Shown here piece after piece: positions 11,172 to 24,023 of a DNA stretch of 51,986 nt (positions are counted from its first letter, which is position 1; each line of letters begins with the position of its first letter). A program made the translations under genes and the position numbers. Location of the stretch: NCBI RefSeq assembly GCF_001194135.2, contig NC_068981.1, positions 141,274,017 through 141,326,002 on the forward strand. The letters run 5' to 3'. Below the pieces are notes generated by a model, which made no database searches, had not been told where the DNA came from, and saw nothing but the letters and a program-made list of their open reading frames with translations. The DNA comes from Octopus bimaculoides (taxonomy: Eukaryota).

Positions 11172-12033
11172 ACGCAATTGTGCGGTTTAACTTATCGGCA
11201 GTAAATATAAAGCAAATGCCGATTTTCCTTCAGAAATTAGCCAAAAAATATATTATCATTATTAATAAATCATAGGGCAGCAAACAAATTTTAGAAATTA
11301 AATTTACCACCAGTGGTCCAGCGAGAATAAAAATTAGTCAATAGACTATATATATATTATTCATTTAAAATACAGAGATGCCTAAAATAGGACATCTAAC
11401 CCGCTAGAAAGAGCAGCAAAAAAATCTCAATACCACAAAAATAGAGATAATTTCGAAAGAGAATGAAAAATAAAAACTGTTACCAGTCTATACTCTGTAC
11501 CATGGTTTCAAGTTATTTAGCACAAAAATAGGGATAATTTCGAAGGAGAATGAAAAATAAAAAAACTTTTACCAGTCTATACTCTTTACCATGGTCTCAA
11601 GTTATTTAGCAAGATAAAAATATATCTTGCTCGGCAACTATCTTCAGCAGAGTACTGCTGTCCTATGATTTATTAGTAATGATAATATATGTTTTGGCTA
11701 ATTTCTGAAGGAAAATCGGCATTTGTTTTATATCTACTGCCGATAAGTTAAACTGCACTTGCGCGGTAAATTTTGAAAAATTAAGCATGTAAGCACAAGT
11801 CGTGATTCCTATGACTCGTGTTTACACGCTGTCCCGGTACTCTGCTGAAGATAGTTGCCGAGCAAGATATATTTTTATCTTGCTAAATAACTTGAAACCA
11901 TGGTACAGAGTATAGACTGGTAAAAGTTTTTATTTTCGAAATTATCCCTATTTTTGTGGTATAGAGTTTTTTGCTGCTCTTTCTAGCGGGTTAGATGTCC
12001 TGTTATAGGCATCTCTGTATTTTAAATGAATAA
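11172..12033. repeat. Interleaved inverted repeats A-B-A'-B' with an internal ~88-bp tandem duplication
   Basis: A (11172-11282) is the reverse complement of A' (11656-11764). B (11357-11655) is the reverse complement of B' (11837-12033, running into the gap). B carries two tandem units, 11434-11520 and 11521-11609. Confidence 0.92.
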
Positions 12034-12585
12034 NNNNNNNNNNNNNNNNNNNNNNNNNNNNNNNNNNNNNNNNNNNNNNNNNNNNNNNNNNNNNNNNNNN
12101 NNNNNNNNNNNNNNNNNNNNNNNNNNNNNNNNNNNNNNNNNNNNNNNNNNNNNNNNNNNNNNNNNNNNNNNNNNNNNNNNNNNNNNNNNNNNNNNNNNNN
12201 NNNNNNNNNNNNNNNNNNNNNNNNNNNNNNNNNNNNNNNNNNNNNNNNNNNNNNNNNNNNNNNNNNNNNNNNNNNNNNNNNNNNNNNNNNNNNNNNNNNN
12301 NNNNNNNNNNNNNNNNNNNNNNNNNNNNNNNNNNNNNNNNNNNNNNNNNNNNNNNNNNNNNNNNNNNNNNNNNNNNNNNNNNNNNNNNNNNNNNNNNNNN
12401 NNNNNNNNNNNNNNNNNNNNNNNNNNNNNNNNNNNNNNNNNNNNNNNNNNNNNNNNNNNNNNNNNNNNNNNNNNNNNNNNNNNNNNNNNNNNNNNNNNNN
12501 NNNNNNNNNNNNNNNNNNNNNNNNNNNNNNNNNNNNNNNNNNNNNNNNNNNNNNNNNNNNNNNNNNNNNNNNNNNNNNNNNNNNN

Positions 12586-12618
<33 letters not shown>

Positions 12619-12845
12619 AGAAAGACTGAATTTAAATTTTTACCTTCGGAATTACTACTTTTATCGTTGACAATACACAGAGAAAAATTTACTTATCCCT
12701 ACATTAACCAATGTAGCTTTTGAAGAAATACAATTTATTTATGTTTACATGAATACAAAAAAAAATTCCTACTAAAGGCAGATGGTCAAAGATTTTCATA
12801 AAGAGTTATTCATTGACATCGATCACAGTGCCAAAGTAATATATA

Positions 12846-12975
12846 TTTTATCCACTCCGAATGAATGTCAAGTAAGGTCGACCTCGGACGAATTTGATCT
12901 GAGAACGTAATATCGGACGAAATGCTGCTATGCATTTTTCCCTGCGCGGAATCGATTCTGCTCGGTCGCTGCCTT
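12846..12975 (-). mobile_element. Second-family SINE, 5' portion, diverged
   Basis: GGTCGACCTCGGACGAATTTGATCTGAGAACGTAA...GACGAAATGCTGCTATGCATTT...CTGCCTT is collinear with the head of the 6164-6402 copy. Confidence 0.75.
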
Positions 12976-13866
12976 ACATGAATAAAATTAATAACTCTAG
13001 AACTAGTCTTACATCTACAGTGAAGTAGTTTGGTGCGGTTACTGCTTGAAACTATTAAGTATCTTATTAATCTTAAGGAAAAGAACATCATAGAGGATTC
13101 CGTGTAGTATATAACCACACTAAAAGTAAAATGTTTAAAAATATTCAACAAACATGGTAGCGAAAAATATAAGGTACCAGACGCACATAAATACGCGCGC
13201 GCACACGCAGACACGCACACAAACACAAATACACACATTTATTTATATGCTTACATACATACATGCATATAGACATACGTGTCTACATATATGCATGTAT
13301 ATTTGTGTGTGTGTGTGTGTTTGTGAGTCTGTGTGTGTGTGCTTGTGCACATATTTGTTTGCTTAAAAAAAGGCCCATTTCCTTAAGTTAAGTTCAGGTT
13401 TATATGAATAAATACAAAAACACTTCTATTCAATCTATTGTCATATCACTTAAAAAGCAAAATATTTATAAGCATATTCAGTAGAAAATAGTCGATAAAT
13501 TTTATAGATTTATTCCGGGTAGCAACTTGGCGATCTACTTACTAATACCTCCGAAGCTAGTAATAATACGGACCTTTCATCTATGCATCGAAGGCCTTTT
13601 TAAGTTTATAAGATATATTCATATATTCAGTGTATTAAATTAAGTCTTCAGTATTCATGACTTCACACCAACTAAGGTGCCATTATAAATACTCATTTGT
13701 ATTAGTGTACTTAGATGCCAGAAATATTTTAAGATTATATTATTTTGCTTCACCTTTGAGAGGACTTTGAAACTGTGTAGTTATAACTAAAGCATCAAGT
13801 GAAATAATTATCACAGTACTTATATAAACATACGCACTCAAATACTCACACGCACACTAACAAATC

Positions 13867-13869
<3 letters not shown>

Positions 13870-13950
<81 letters not shown>
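13870..13950. repeat. (TA)n microsatellite
   Basis: Uninterrupted TA dinucleotide run of about 80 bp. Confidence 0.95.
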
Positions 13951-13953
<3 letters not shown>

Positions 13954-15639
13954 CTGTAAATGTCAGTAGGTGTGAGTGATGAATATATTCATTTAACCAA
14001 TTGACATCCTTAGGAGTACGGCCGTTTCGCAAACACATTTATGCAATTAAAATGTCAGTACATAGTTGTGTTTACAAGCCTGCATTAATATGCATGTTCC
14101 ACATTATACTATACAACTATATATTCACAAGTTAATGCAAATTAATAAATCTACTTCATCAGACTACCAGAAATCCATGGTTACACCAACGATTCAGCCC
14201 TGATTATTCATACAAAAATATGTATACAAGACAAATGCTTTGCATGGTCAGGAAAAATAAAGATATTTTGTTTGATATCACTTGAGGTTTTAGATTTAAT
14301 TTCAGGGAATACACCATTCTTAACGTTAAGGGACACACAAAGGAAATACTTATAGTAAATATAGAATAACAGCTTAAAACAGTGTACGAAAGTATATATA
14401 AAATTATAGTATAAAAGAATTAGATAAGGAACGGATAGCTGCAAAATAAAGTTTGAACCAATATTATTGAACAGTAATTTTCAGATCGGGATAAAAGTTC
14501 AAAGACCACACAATAATTATATACTTTAATTTTCATCGCATTTTCGATCACTATCTCAAAATACGTTCTAGCTGAATGAACTTACCTACATAGATGCATA
14601 TAAACGTATTCGTATACAAAACGCAGTGACTTCGGTTGTGCCTCTAAATTCTATAAAAAATCTATAGAGATAAAGTTTAAAATACAATAATATAAATACA
14701 AAACACACATTGCTATTTGCATACACCTATATAAATATATATCCATACACATAAACAAGTGTATATATATATATATATTATGCATATCTGCACCGACAGC
14801 AGTATGTAGCTGTATGCACATAAATAGACATTCACATACGCACATACATATACATATACCTATCTCAATATAGCCAATATTTATATAGGCTCATATAAAA
14901 GCATACAGATGGAAACATATAGCCAACTAATAAAGCTAAAATGTAAACACTTCTCTCAGATTGAATGTGCGAACTCGATAATTAAATTTGATGAATCATA
15001 TAAAATAAAAAAAAGCAACTAGTGGAAAACAAAATTGCAAAAAAGTTTCGAATCTTAGAGGCATGTTCTGATATTGTATGTATGGTTCTACACTTGCTTC
15101 GCTTTTCTACATATTGTGTCATCTAATTTAGCATTGCAAACATTACTCCATTGTATGTAACACACCGATGAAGACAACTGTCATTGCTAACTGCTCAGAT
15201 TAGTGTCCGAATCAAGCCCTTCATATGTTATTTGAAGACATTCGAATTAAAGTACACCAGGAACATTTTCCATCATCTTCAAATTTGAGCGCCGTATAAC
15301 TGTTAATGACATGGAAAGTTTGCCGAAAATTACTGACATCGTACTGAGTTGAAAACCATGAATGTTCAGCATTTCAAATGACTAAGAGATACCTGAAGTT
15401 TTTCATATGCCACAATACCACACATTTCAAAAGGGCCACTCCCACTTATGCCTGATTAGAAAGTAAAATCTACGCTGACATATACCTCTAACTTCCAAAT
15501 TCACAAACTTTACGACGGAATCTTTGAGCTTATTTATAAACCTTCAGCTATACGTGTGTTCTTCTGTTGCTCTCTTCATAAACTCTCTAATAATTCTTGT
15601 CATTACCCTTTGCTTCTTTTGTTCTTTCTTTTCTACTGA

Positions 15640-16620
15640 CGATAGACTAAAATCGGAAAACATGTTTCTCCTTGTGTGCTTAGGTGATTATGTATATGAG
15701 TATCTAAATGACTGGAATCCTCAGAAATACTGGGTGTGTAGAGGACGCATTTTCAGTGCGGCATAGAATGCAAGATGTGAAGACAAATAAAAGAGATATG
15801 AATATTTTATGGGTTGATATGGCAAATGCTTTCGGTTGTGTACCACAGAAAGGTTTGAAACTAATAGACGTCTTTTAAATACTGGAGAAGATGGAGAATC
15901 TAATGGTGAGATACTAAATCTATTTCAAAATTCAGCTCGCAAACGAAAATTTCACAACCCGCTGTCATCGGCTTGAAATTAGAATTGCTGCAGTTTGCAC
16001 AATATTAGCCAGTCTTTTGGTTGGTACTCGCTATTGAGATGCTTCTTATATCAGCAGACTACTCAGAATATAAGAAGTAAAATATAATCATCTAAGAATG
16101 CATTCATGCATGATAATAGCAAGAAACCAAAATGATACGCAAATAGTCCAAACTAAAATAGATAAACTAATTATTTGATGAAGAATGCAGAAGAAACACG
16201 TAGTTTGACGTTCGTGCAATATCGACAGATGCAAGTGAAGTTTAACACAGCAGAAGAAACCTTGCCCAAAGTTAACGATCAACCTCTACGAAGTTTAGGG
16301 ATATGATGCGCTGACTAGGTGTGCGATGAAATTATAGCACAAGCCCAGTATGGGTTAAAAGGAAATAAAGAAATTGAAACTATCCGTCAAATACAAGGCT
16401 TAGAGTTTGTACTATAGTCGATACCACCGTTTTGCTTGTTTCCTGTCATATACGAAATATTACAGTCTAGAATAAAGATCATGCAACAAAAATGCAGTGT
16501 TTACATCAAGAAATTGCTCAGTCTGCCTCGAATGTTTAACACAGCAACACTATATCGAAAAGGAAGTTTATTCGTAGAAGTGTTTCCCAAAGTAAAGGCC
16601 AGGATATACATCTGATACCC
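15640..16620 (+). mobile_element. Degenerate R2-group non-LTR retrotransposon RT domain (HERO/NeSL-like)
   Basis: RT motifs appear in the correct order: NPQK, GCVEDAF...LWVDMANAFGCVP (15732-15845), HRLEIRIAAVCTI (~15966-16004), NAFMHD (~16097-16114, AFMDD-like) and QKCSVYIKKLLSLPRMFNTATLY (~16487-16557). Many stops and frameshifts are present. Confidence 0.75.
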
Positions 16621-16938
16621 GTATGTATATCTGAAAATATGTATATGTACATTTGAATAGAAGTTTTGCACACAACTTGCACGTGCAAGTGCTAGCGGTC
16701 GAAACCTCCTCATACTGGAAGCCAGCAAGTGTAATGGGCTTATCAGATGAGAATGTGCGCCGTTTCGAGGCCTACCTATCGAAGGCATCATTGCGCATAG
16801 CCCTCCCACTCACTGATATATGAGGCCCCATTTGCTAGATCAACTGGTTATCAAATGAAGCTCAATATTCTTCTAGCCATCGTTCATCATCTCTTTTTTA
16901 CGAAATCCAGTGGCTAGGCTTTGCCACTGTAGTTTATA

Positions 16939-16985
<47 letters not shown>

Positions 16986-17233
16986 NNNNNNNNNNNNNNN
17001 NNNNNNNNNNNNNNNNNNNNNNNNNNNNNNNNNNNNNNNNNNNNNNNNNNNNNNNNNNNNNNNNNNNNNNNNNNNNNNNNNNNNNNNNNNNNNNNNNNNN
17101 NNNNNNNNNNNNNNNNNNNNNNNNNNNNNNNNNNNNNNNNNNNNNNNNNNNNNNNNNNNNNNNNNNNNNNNNNNNNNNNNNNNNNNNNNNNNNNNNNNNN
17201 NNNNNNNNNNNNNNCATACATATATATACACGC

Positions 17234-17266
<33 letters not shown>

Positions 17267-17489
17267 CATATATACACCTTCTCCTCGAATTACGACCATC
17301 CACACTTACAACCACAAAAAAATAGGAATAAAAAATATATATAAATAAATTTCAAAAATCGATTTTCGGACATTGGGCAGCTGCGCGTACAATAGCTATG
17401 GCAGTATCTTTCATCGCTGGTCTCCCTCACACGCAGGCATCCATCGCTCAGTCGCTTTCAAGCATAAGTTACATTTGAATGAAAATAGT

Positions 17490-17598
17490 GTTGAAAAATA
17501 TAATCCAACATACGACGAGATCGGCTTACAAACTGTCAGTCGGAATAGAATTCGGTCGTAAGTCGATCTCGCCGTATGTCGGATTTAAATTTTTCAAC
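17490..17598. repeat. ~40-bp imperfect inverted repeat with 28-nt spacer
   Basis: GTTGAAAAATATAATCCAACATACGACGAGATCGGCTTAC (17490-17529) pairs with GTAAGTCGATCTCGCCGTATGTCGGATTTAAATTTTTCAAC (17558-17598). Confidence 0.9.
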
Positions 17599-18196
17599 GA
17601 CAAGTAACTGGTTGTTTTTGAGTCCTCGTCTACATGTTTTTGTTTTTATCGCTGTGTGCTTGAATGTTTAAAATTATTTGTTCTTTTACTTTCTTATAGT
17701 GATTAGAATATCAAATAATTTGGTTCCCAAATGACAAGGACAATACAGACAAAAACAAAGAAGATATTTAGATTTATAAAATGTAATTCGTTCAAGTCTT
17801 CAAATCTTTTTTGACTACAATATGCTTTTATCGCATCATTTAGTTCTAATCTATATTTGAACTGTAGTCAGACAATATATCCCAAAGGGCTAATAGAACA
17901 CGCGTGGATGGAGATGTTATTTTGGCAATAGTATTTTTAACTTTCTTTCACCAAAATAAATTTCGGTTCGTAAGTTAAATCGTTGAAGTGAAAAAGGCCC
18001 TTTATTTAGTGAGTTATATTTATCACATTCTTTATATTTGTGTGTCTGTCTGTTTGTTTACCCCTCAGTCTCTCTCTTTTGTTTATTATTTCTCCTTGCC
18101 TTTGTAATTTTTAGCTCCCTTTCTCCACTTTACTTCTAAACACATACACATACACACACAAGTAATCGCGCTCACACATACACACGTCTATATATA

Positions 18197-18198
<2 letters not shown>

Positions 18199-18274
<76 letters not shown>

Positions 18275-18289
18275 TGTGTATGTGTGTGT
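18199..18289. repeat. (TG)n microsatellite
   Basis: Long TG run with two TA interruptions. Confidence 0.95.
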
Positions 18290-20245
18290 ATACATACATA
18301 GATACATACATATACAAAGTATGTGTAACTATATATGAAAGTACGTATAAATGAAAGGGAAATGGAATAAGGGAAGATGAAAATTGTTCCCCCGGTGCCA
18401 ATAAAGTAGAGCATGCCAATTACTATATAAACTAAATTCTTGTTTTATTAAAATTACCTCAGCTTCTAGCGAAGTTGGACGAATATTTTGCTGACCATTG
18501 GAACCAACTCCTAATGAGAATTCAACAGTCTTCCATATCTCTCAAGCCATGAAATGAAGTACAAGTCGATTTTCTGAATACAAGACGATATATGTTGACA
18601 CGTATTTCTATCTCGTCATCTCCCTTTCTTATCTGCTGCAGACGAAAGACGAGCAGAAACAAAGAAATCAGAGTAGAATACATTTACTGCATTTGCATAT
18701 ATAAAACGATGATACGCCACGACTAATACAAAAACGGAATCGAAATATATGCAGTAAGAAATACCATATAAACGGGCAAATCTATGAAAGAAATCTTTAA
18801 GAGAAATATTCATAACATATGAATAGCGTTATCCAAAAATCCAAGCGTAGAAAACAGACACTGCAATTTTCATCATTTGCTTGTACTACTAGCAGTAAAT
18901 AAGCTCTACATATGAACTAACTAGTGGTGTAAAGAACACCTTGACGAAAGACTGAAAGTTGTCATACCTGAGGGCCTAATCCAGAAGATTTATAACAGTA
19001 CAATATATTGGCATAGGAAACGAATGAGGTAATTTTCAGCTAAGAATCATTTAATGGAGATTCCATATGGATAAATGTGATTTCACTTGAATTGCAAAGA
19101 ATAAATGACAGTTTGTTTCTTATTTTCATGACCCGAAATGGATTGACTTGATGGATAGGCTTGGCGCGCCTTACGCTTTTTCAGAAGATTGTATGCGGAC
19201 CAGCAGGTTGTACTTGCAAGGAAAATACTCTGGTTCATTGTCACTTGTGATGTGCCTTGCAGATATGTTTATAAATGCAGATTTCGCGAGAAATGGCATT
19301 TCGTCAGAGAGCATTTATCTGTGTTGAATAGAACTAGTAAGATAGATAGCCAATGAAAAAATAAAATGAGAGCGAGGGAAGGGGGGGGAGAGGGAGATAA
19401 GAGGAGAGAAGGGAGTAGAGAGTAAGATAGGTGGTTGAGATAGACAGGGGAGAAAGAGAAAGAGTGAGCGGTAACATCAGCAGAAACATTAACGGAAACA
19501 GCTCATACGAAGTATGCTATCGTACTTGCTCCACCAGCAGATCCCAGAAGCCTCGAAAGTCTGAACGCACCACTCAGTTTCGAAAGTTGTCGATTATGTA
19601 ACACCCTCCTTCGATTCCAGTAGTACTCCACTGTCTTCTTCAAAGAGAGGAACTTTAACAGCTAACTATCATGATACACTATCGTAGCTTCAATAAAAGG
19701 TATGGTAAGAGATAACGTAAAAGGAAAGGGATAGGAGACGCTGATTCGGAAGGTCATGATTTCTCACATTTGCGAGAAACACCGAACTTCCATTCCTGAG
19801 ACTAATAAGATATATGGAGCTAATGATGAAGGCAGTCTTCTTGCAGTAGAGTCAGGTTCAAAAGATATTAGTAAAGATTATTGTTTTAATATAAGATAGA
19901 ACCTACCCACCCAGAGGTAAAACACTGTGTCACGTCACATTAAATCCCAAAGGTCTATACAACCATCGTTTGGTCAAGTTTTGGGTTAGCAAATGCGCAG
20001 GATTTCCATAAATTTAATCAAATAACAAACATTGAATAAAATAGGTATTTATACTAATGATACTTAAAGGAAAATGAACACCCAATTAATATTGTAAGAT
20101 CTTTTGTAATGATTGTTTGATTGTCTTAGTAATCACAATTACAGACTGAGTTTTCGAAATTACCCTTAATATATGGGCTTGCACCACAGCGGGGAGTTTT
20201 CATCAGTATTCTAGTTATTCTAATACAGGTTTATATCTGCACTAT

Positions 20246-20459
20246 AATGGTTTCAAATTTTACCGCAAGGGCAATATATTTGGGGGAAGGAGTGAGTCTA
20301 TTACATCGACACCCGTGTTCAACAAGTATATACATTATTGACCTCGAAAAACTTAAATGACAAAGTCGACCTCAGCGGAATTTGAACTCAAAATGTAAAG
20401 ACGGAGGAAATGATGCGAAGCTTTCCATCCGGCGTCTTAACGGTTCTGCTACCTCGCCT
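20246..20459 (-). mobile_element. Second-family tRNA-derived SINE, diverged
   Basis: Contains AAAGTCGACCTCAGCGGAATTTGAACTCAAAATGTAAAGACGG and the tail TGGTTTCAAATTTTACCGCAAGGG. It is collinear with the 49847-50065 copy. Confidence 0.8.
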
Positions 20460-20536
20460 GTACTATAATGCCAACAATAGAGCAGACGTTGCCCCTTCAC
20501 AAGAAAGCGAAAACACGATTTTTGCCTCCTCCTCTT

Positions 20537-20624
20537 TTCTTCTTCTTCTTCTTCTTCTTCTTCTTCTTCTTCTTCTTCTTCTTCTTCTTCTTCTTCTTCT
20601 TCTTCTTCTTCTTCTTCTTCTTCT
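20537..20624. repeat. (CTT)n trinucleotide microsatellite
   Basis: Pure CTT run. It is the source of the poly-L/F/K artefact ORFs. Confidence 0.95.
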
Positions 20625-21626
20625 TTAAAGTAGGCAACGGCTTAAATAAATTTTGCATAAAAATGACAGTAATTACGATTGTGTTTAGAACATTATCGCA
20701 ATGAAATATATTTTGTTCCAACACATTTCTAAAAGCCAAACTCATTCTAAAACTAATATCCAGAAGATTCACGTAATCTCACTCTTTATTAACCCATCAG
20801 AAACACAATTACCGCCCTTCTACAAATATATGTAGATAGACAAACACACCAATAAACGTAATCACACACACACACACACAGACGATTAAATGTGTACAGT
20901 TTTAATACAATTGTCTTAGCGAGTATATGTGTATGAATAAATATGAGTGCACCCTGCGAATATGTCCAAATGTGGACAACTATAATTGTTTGAGCATGTC
21001 CGCAAATAGTTTTCGCATGATACTGCCATAACAATCTAAATTCTAGCTGTTTATCGTCTATGTGTCTCTCGACACGTCGTCAAGGAGTTATTTGTTGAAA
21101 ATATGTATTAATAAAATAGCTCCATCATCATAATTATCATCATGATCTTCGTCATTAATCATCATCATAATCATTATCATTAAAACATTTATGAGTAAAT
21201 CAAATACATTATCGCTGAAACCCGCTTAAAAAGTCTCACACTCACAAGCGTTTATCAAAACACTCTCATATGGAATTTCAGCTAAACATTCTGTGCACCT
21301 TACCACCTTCCAATGTATATCCCTAATAGGTCTGGACATTTTCAATTACATTAAGTATGATATAAAGAGACTCTTGGGGATTCGGCACTGACTTTGTATA
21401 ACCATACTGAAATTTGTTAACACAGTGATAATGAAAGTAACTACTAGTATGCGTAACACACGCACAGCATTACGGCAATCCACATTTACAAATCAAAGTT
21501 CTTTACACAATCGTTTAGAATGTCAGACACGTCTACCAAATGGCCTCCGTTTTTGTCAATGTTCTCTCTCACGTTTCCTCTGTCTCACCCTCCTCTCGTT
21601 CTCTCTCTCCCTCTCTCTTTCTCTCT

Positions 21627-21661
<35 letters not shown>

Positions 21662-21781
21662 GCTTGGTCTCTCTCATGCATATACAAACATATAATCACA
21701 TACATACGTATACACATACACACACAAAAATATAGCGAGAGATACATAGCGTACAAGTTTGTGTATATATGTATATATGAG

Positions 21782-21833
<52 letters not shown>

Positions 21834-23851
21834 NNNNNNNNNNNNNNNNNNNNNNNNNNNNNNNNNNNNNNNNNNNNNNNNNNNNNNNNNNNNNNNNNNN
21901 NNNNNNNNNNNNNNNNNNNNNNNNNNNNNNNNNNNNNNNNNNNNNNNNNNNNNNNNNNNNNNNNNNNNNNNNNNNNNNNNNNNNNNNNNNNNNNNNNNNN
22001 NNNNNNNNNNNNNNNNNNNNNNNNNNNNNNNNNNNNNNNNNNNNNNNNNNNNNNNNNNNNNNNNNNNNNNNNNNNNNNNNNNNNNNNNNNNNNNNNNNNN
22101 NNNNNNNNNNNNNNNNNNNNNNNNNNNNNNNNNNNNNNNNNNNNNNNNNNNNNNNNNNNNNNNNGTGGCATAAAGTGCAGTGAGTGTTTCTATGATTACT
22201 CCTCCATAAGCACATGGTTCAATGAACGGAGATAAAAGCAATTATATCAGAACAACTGGGACAACGACCAGGACAGAATATTTTCTCTATTTTTTGTTTA
22301 TATATTTGACTTGATAAAGTGTGCAAGTATATTTCTTGTACGCTTATATATATGTATGTGTGCGTGAATGTCAAATCGCTTTGTTGTAAATATACAGATA
22401 TCTACCGAAGTATACGTATATATATATATATATATACGTAAGCGTACATGAGTGCACACACACACACACAGAAACGCACATGCCTGTAAGAAAGCATACA
22501 TGTGTGTGTGTTTTGTGAGTGGGTGTATATGGGTATTGTAAAAAGAGAAAGGAAGAATAATACCTAGATGTATATATGAATATTTATTTGTAACTATTTG
22601 TCTATGTGTATACTCTTGGATGTTTCCCCTGATATTTTAGTCGACAATTATTCAAATGATGGATATGGGTAGCATCATGACACACACAGAAACAGAAATA
22701 TACATAGTCACATCAAATAACTGGACATAAAAGTTGCTTCTATTAAGTGCGTTATATTTCGTGCATTTTATTATCTACCACTCACTCATCTATTCTATTG
22801 TCATCAATAAAGGAAACTGTAAAGCAACTGGTAACTTTTATTTGACACCCATTCAAATTCCTCCCAACCTAAATATATGCAGATGAAAGCCAGTAACATT
22901 TACTTATGATCAGTAAGCTTTTCATCCATTTTGCTAACAAAAGTGCTGCATAGTTGTACCAATGGATTTGCATTGCGGCCTTTATTTGTTGATTCCACAG
23001 TATGTTGGATTGCTATTAGTTCATGAAGAGATTTCTATTTTTGAAATAACTGAAGATTTGTATATATTTCATTAGTATTAAAGACTTTGATAGTAATATC
23101 AAATATGAATGTTAACAAGTTCGTTTTCTGTGAGTATGCTTACTTTTTACATTTTTTTTAAAAATGAGGCTACGCTACTATTCAATGCCTCTCTGAAAAG
23201 CTATAGCAATCCTCAGGTCAAGGATATCGGCGAACATGTTCATATATTGTAACATTTTTAAAAGGTGTGGATGTTCCAGAGAGTATTGCGATAACATCTT
23301 CAAGGTTGGTGTCTCCAAGATTACAATCACTGACTTAAAGGTAGATATATGCAGTACGAGGACTCTCTCTGTGTCAGCAACAGAGAAAACATTTACAATA
23401 ATGTCACGTTTTATGTAAGCTCCGGTAACATATACGTTCTTTGTCTCTATTAGAAAAATGCACATATAGCAACAGCATAATATACTATTTCACAAGATTA
23501 GTGAACTACCATACTACTTCCATAAACGCTGCTCACTAATGTTAAGCACAGGCTTTTAATGCAAAATGGAATTTCGTTTATCCCTACGACAAAGAAACTT
23601 TCCAATCACAAGCGCTTGGCAAGTTGACCGTTGTAACAAATGAAGCGAAGCGAGTAATGAAAAGAAATTTTATCTACTATCCCAGACCAGTCAACAATAT
23701 ATCTCACAAGCATTCAGTACTGAAGAGTTTGAACTATCTTACGAAGTTTTGTTACGCTGCACACTTTATAATGAGAAACCGATTCAATTTATTAATGCTT
23801 ATAGGAACATTACATAGAATATTCAGAGGCATATATAAATACACGCACACG

Positions 23852-23929
<78 letters not shown>

Positions 23930-24023
23930 CACAGAAATATATTTGGATAGATAAATGTATGTATGTGTATATATGTGTGTGTCTGTGTGTATATATGTTT
24001 GCATATATATATATATATTAGTA

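Noticed and set aside
11434-11609. Direct repeats that might suggest a CRISPR-like array, also at 48316-48494
   Set aside because: There are only two or three adjacent degenerate units, with no unique spacers of constant length, in a eukaryotic context with no cas genes.
15945-15972. Minus-strand CCGATGA-CAGCGGGTTG-T-GAAA
   Set aside because: There is an extra base before GAAA and no stem I or III, and it lies within the RT fossil, so it is coincidental.
18446-18640. Minus-strand exon-like segment ending GCTGAG|GTAATT
   Set aside because: The strongest acceptor gives stops in all frames. A shorter 53-nt version is open but does not match the phase of the other candidates.
23178-23465. 95-aa minus-strand ORF in non-repetitive-looking DNA
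   Set aside because: It has no recognisable domain and no flanking splice signals. An opposite-strand ORF of similar quality overlaps it, so it is left unassigned.
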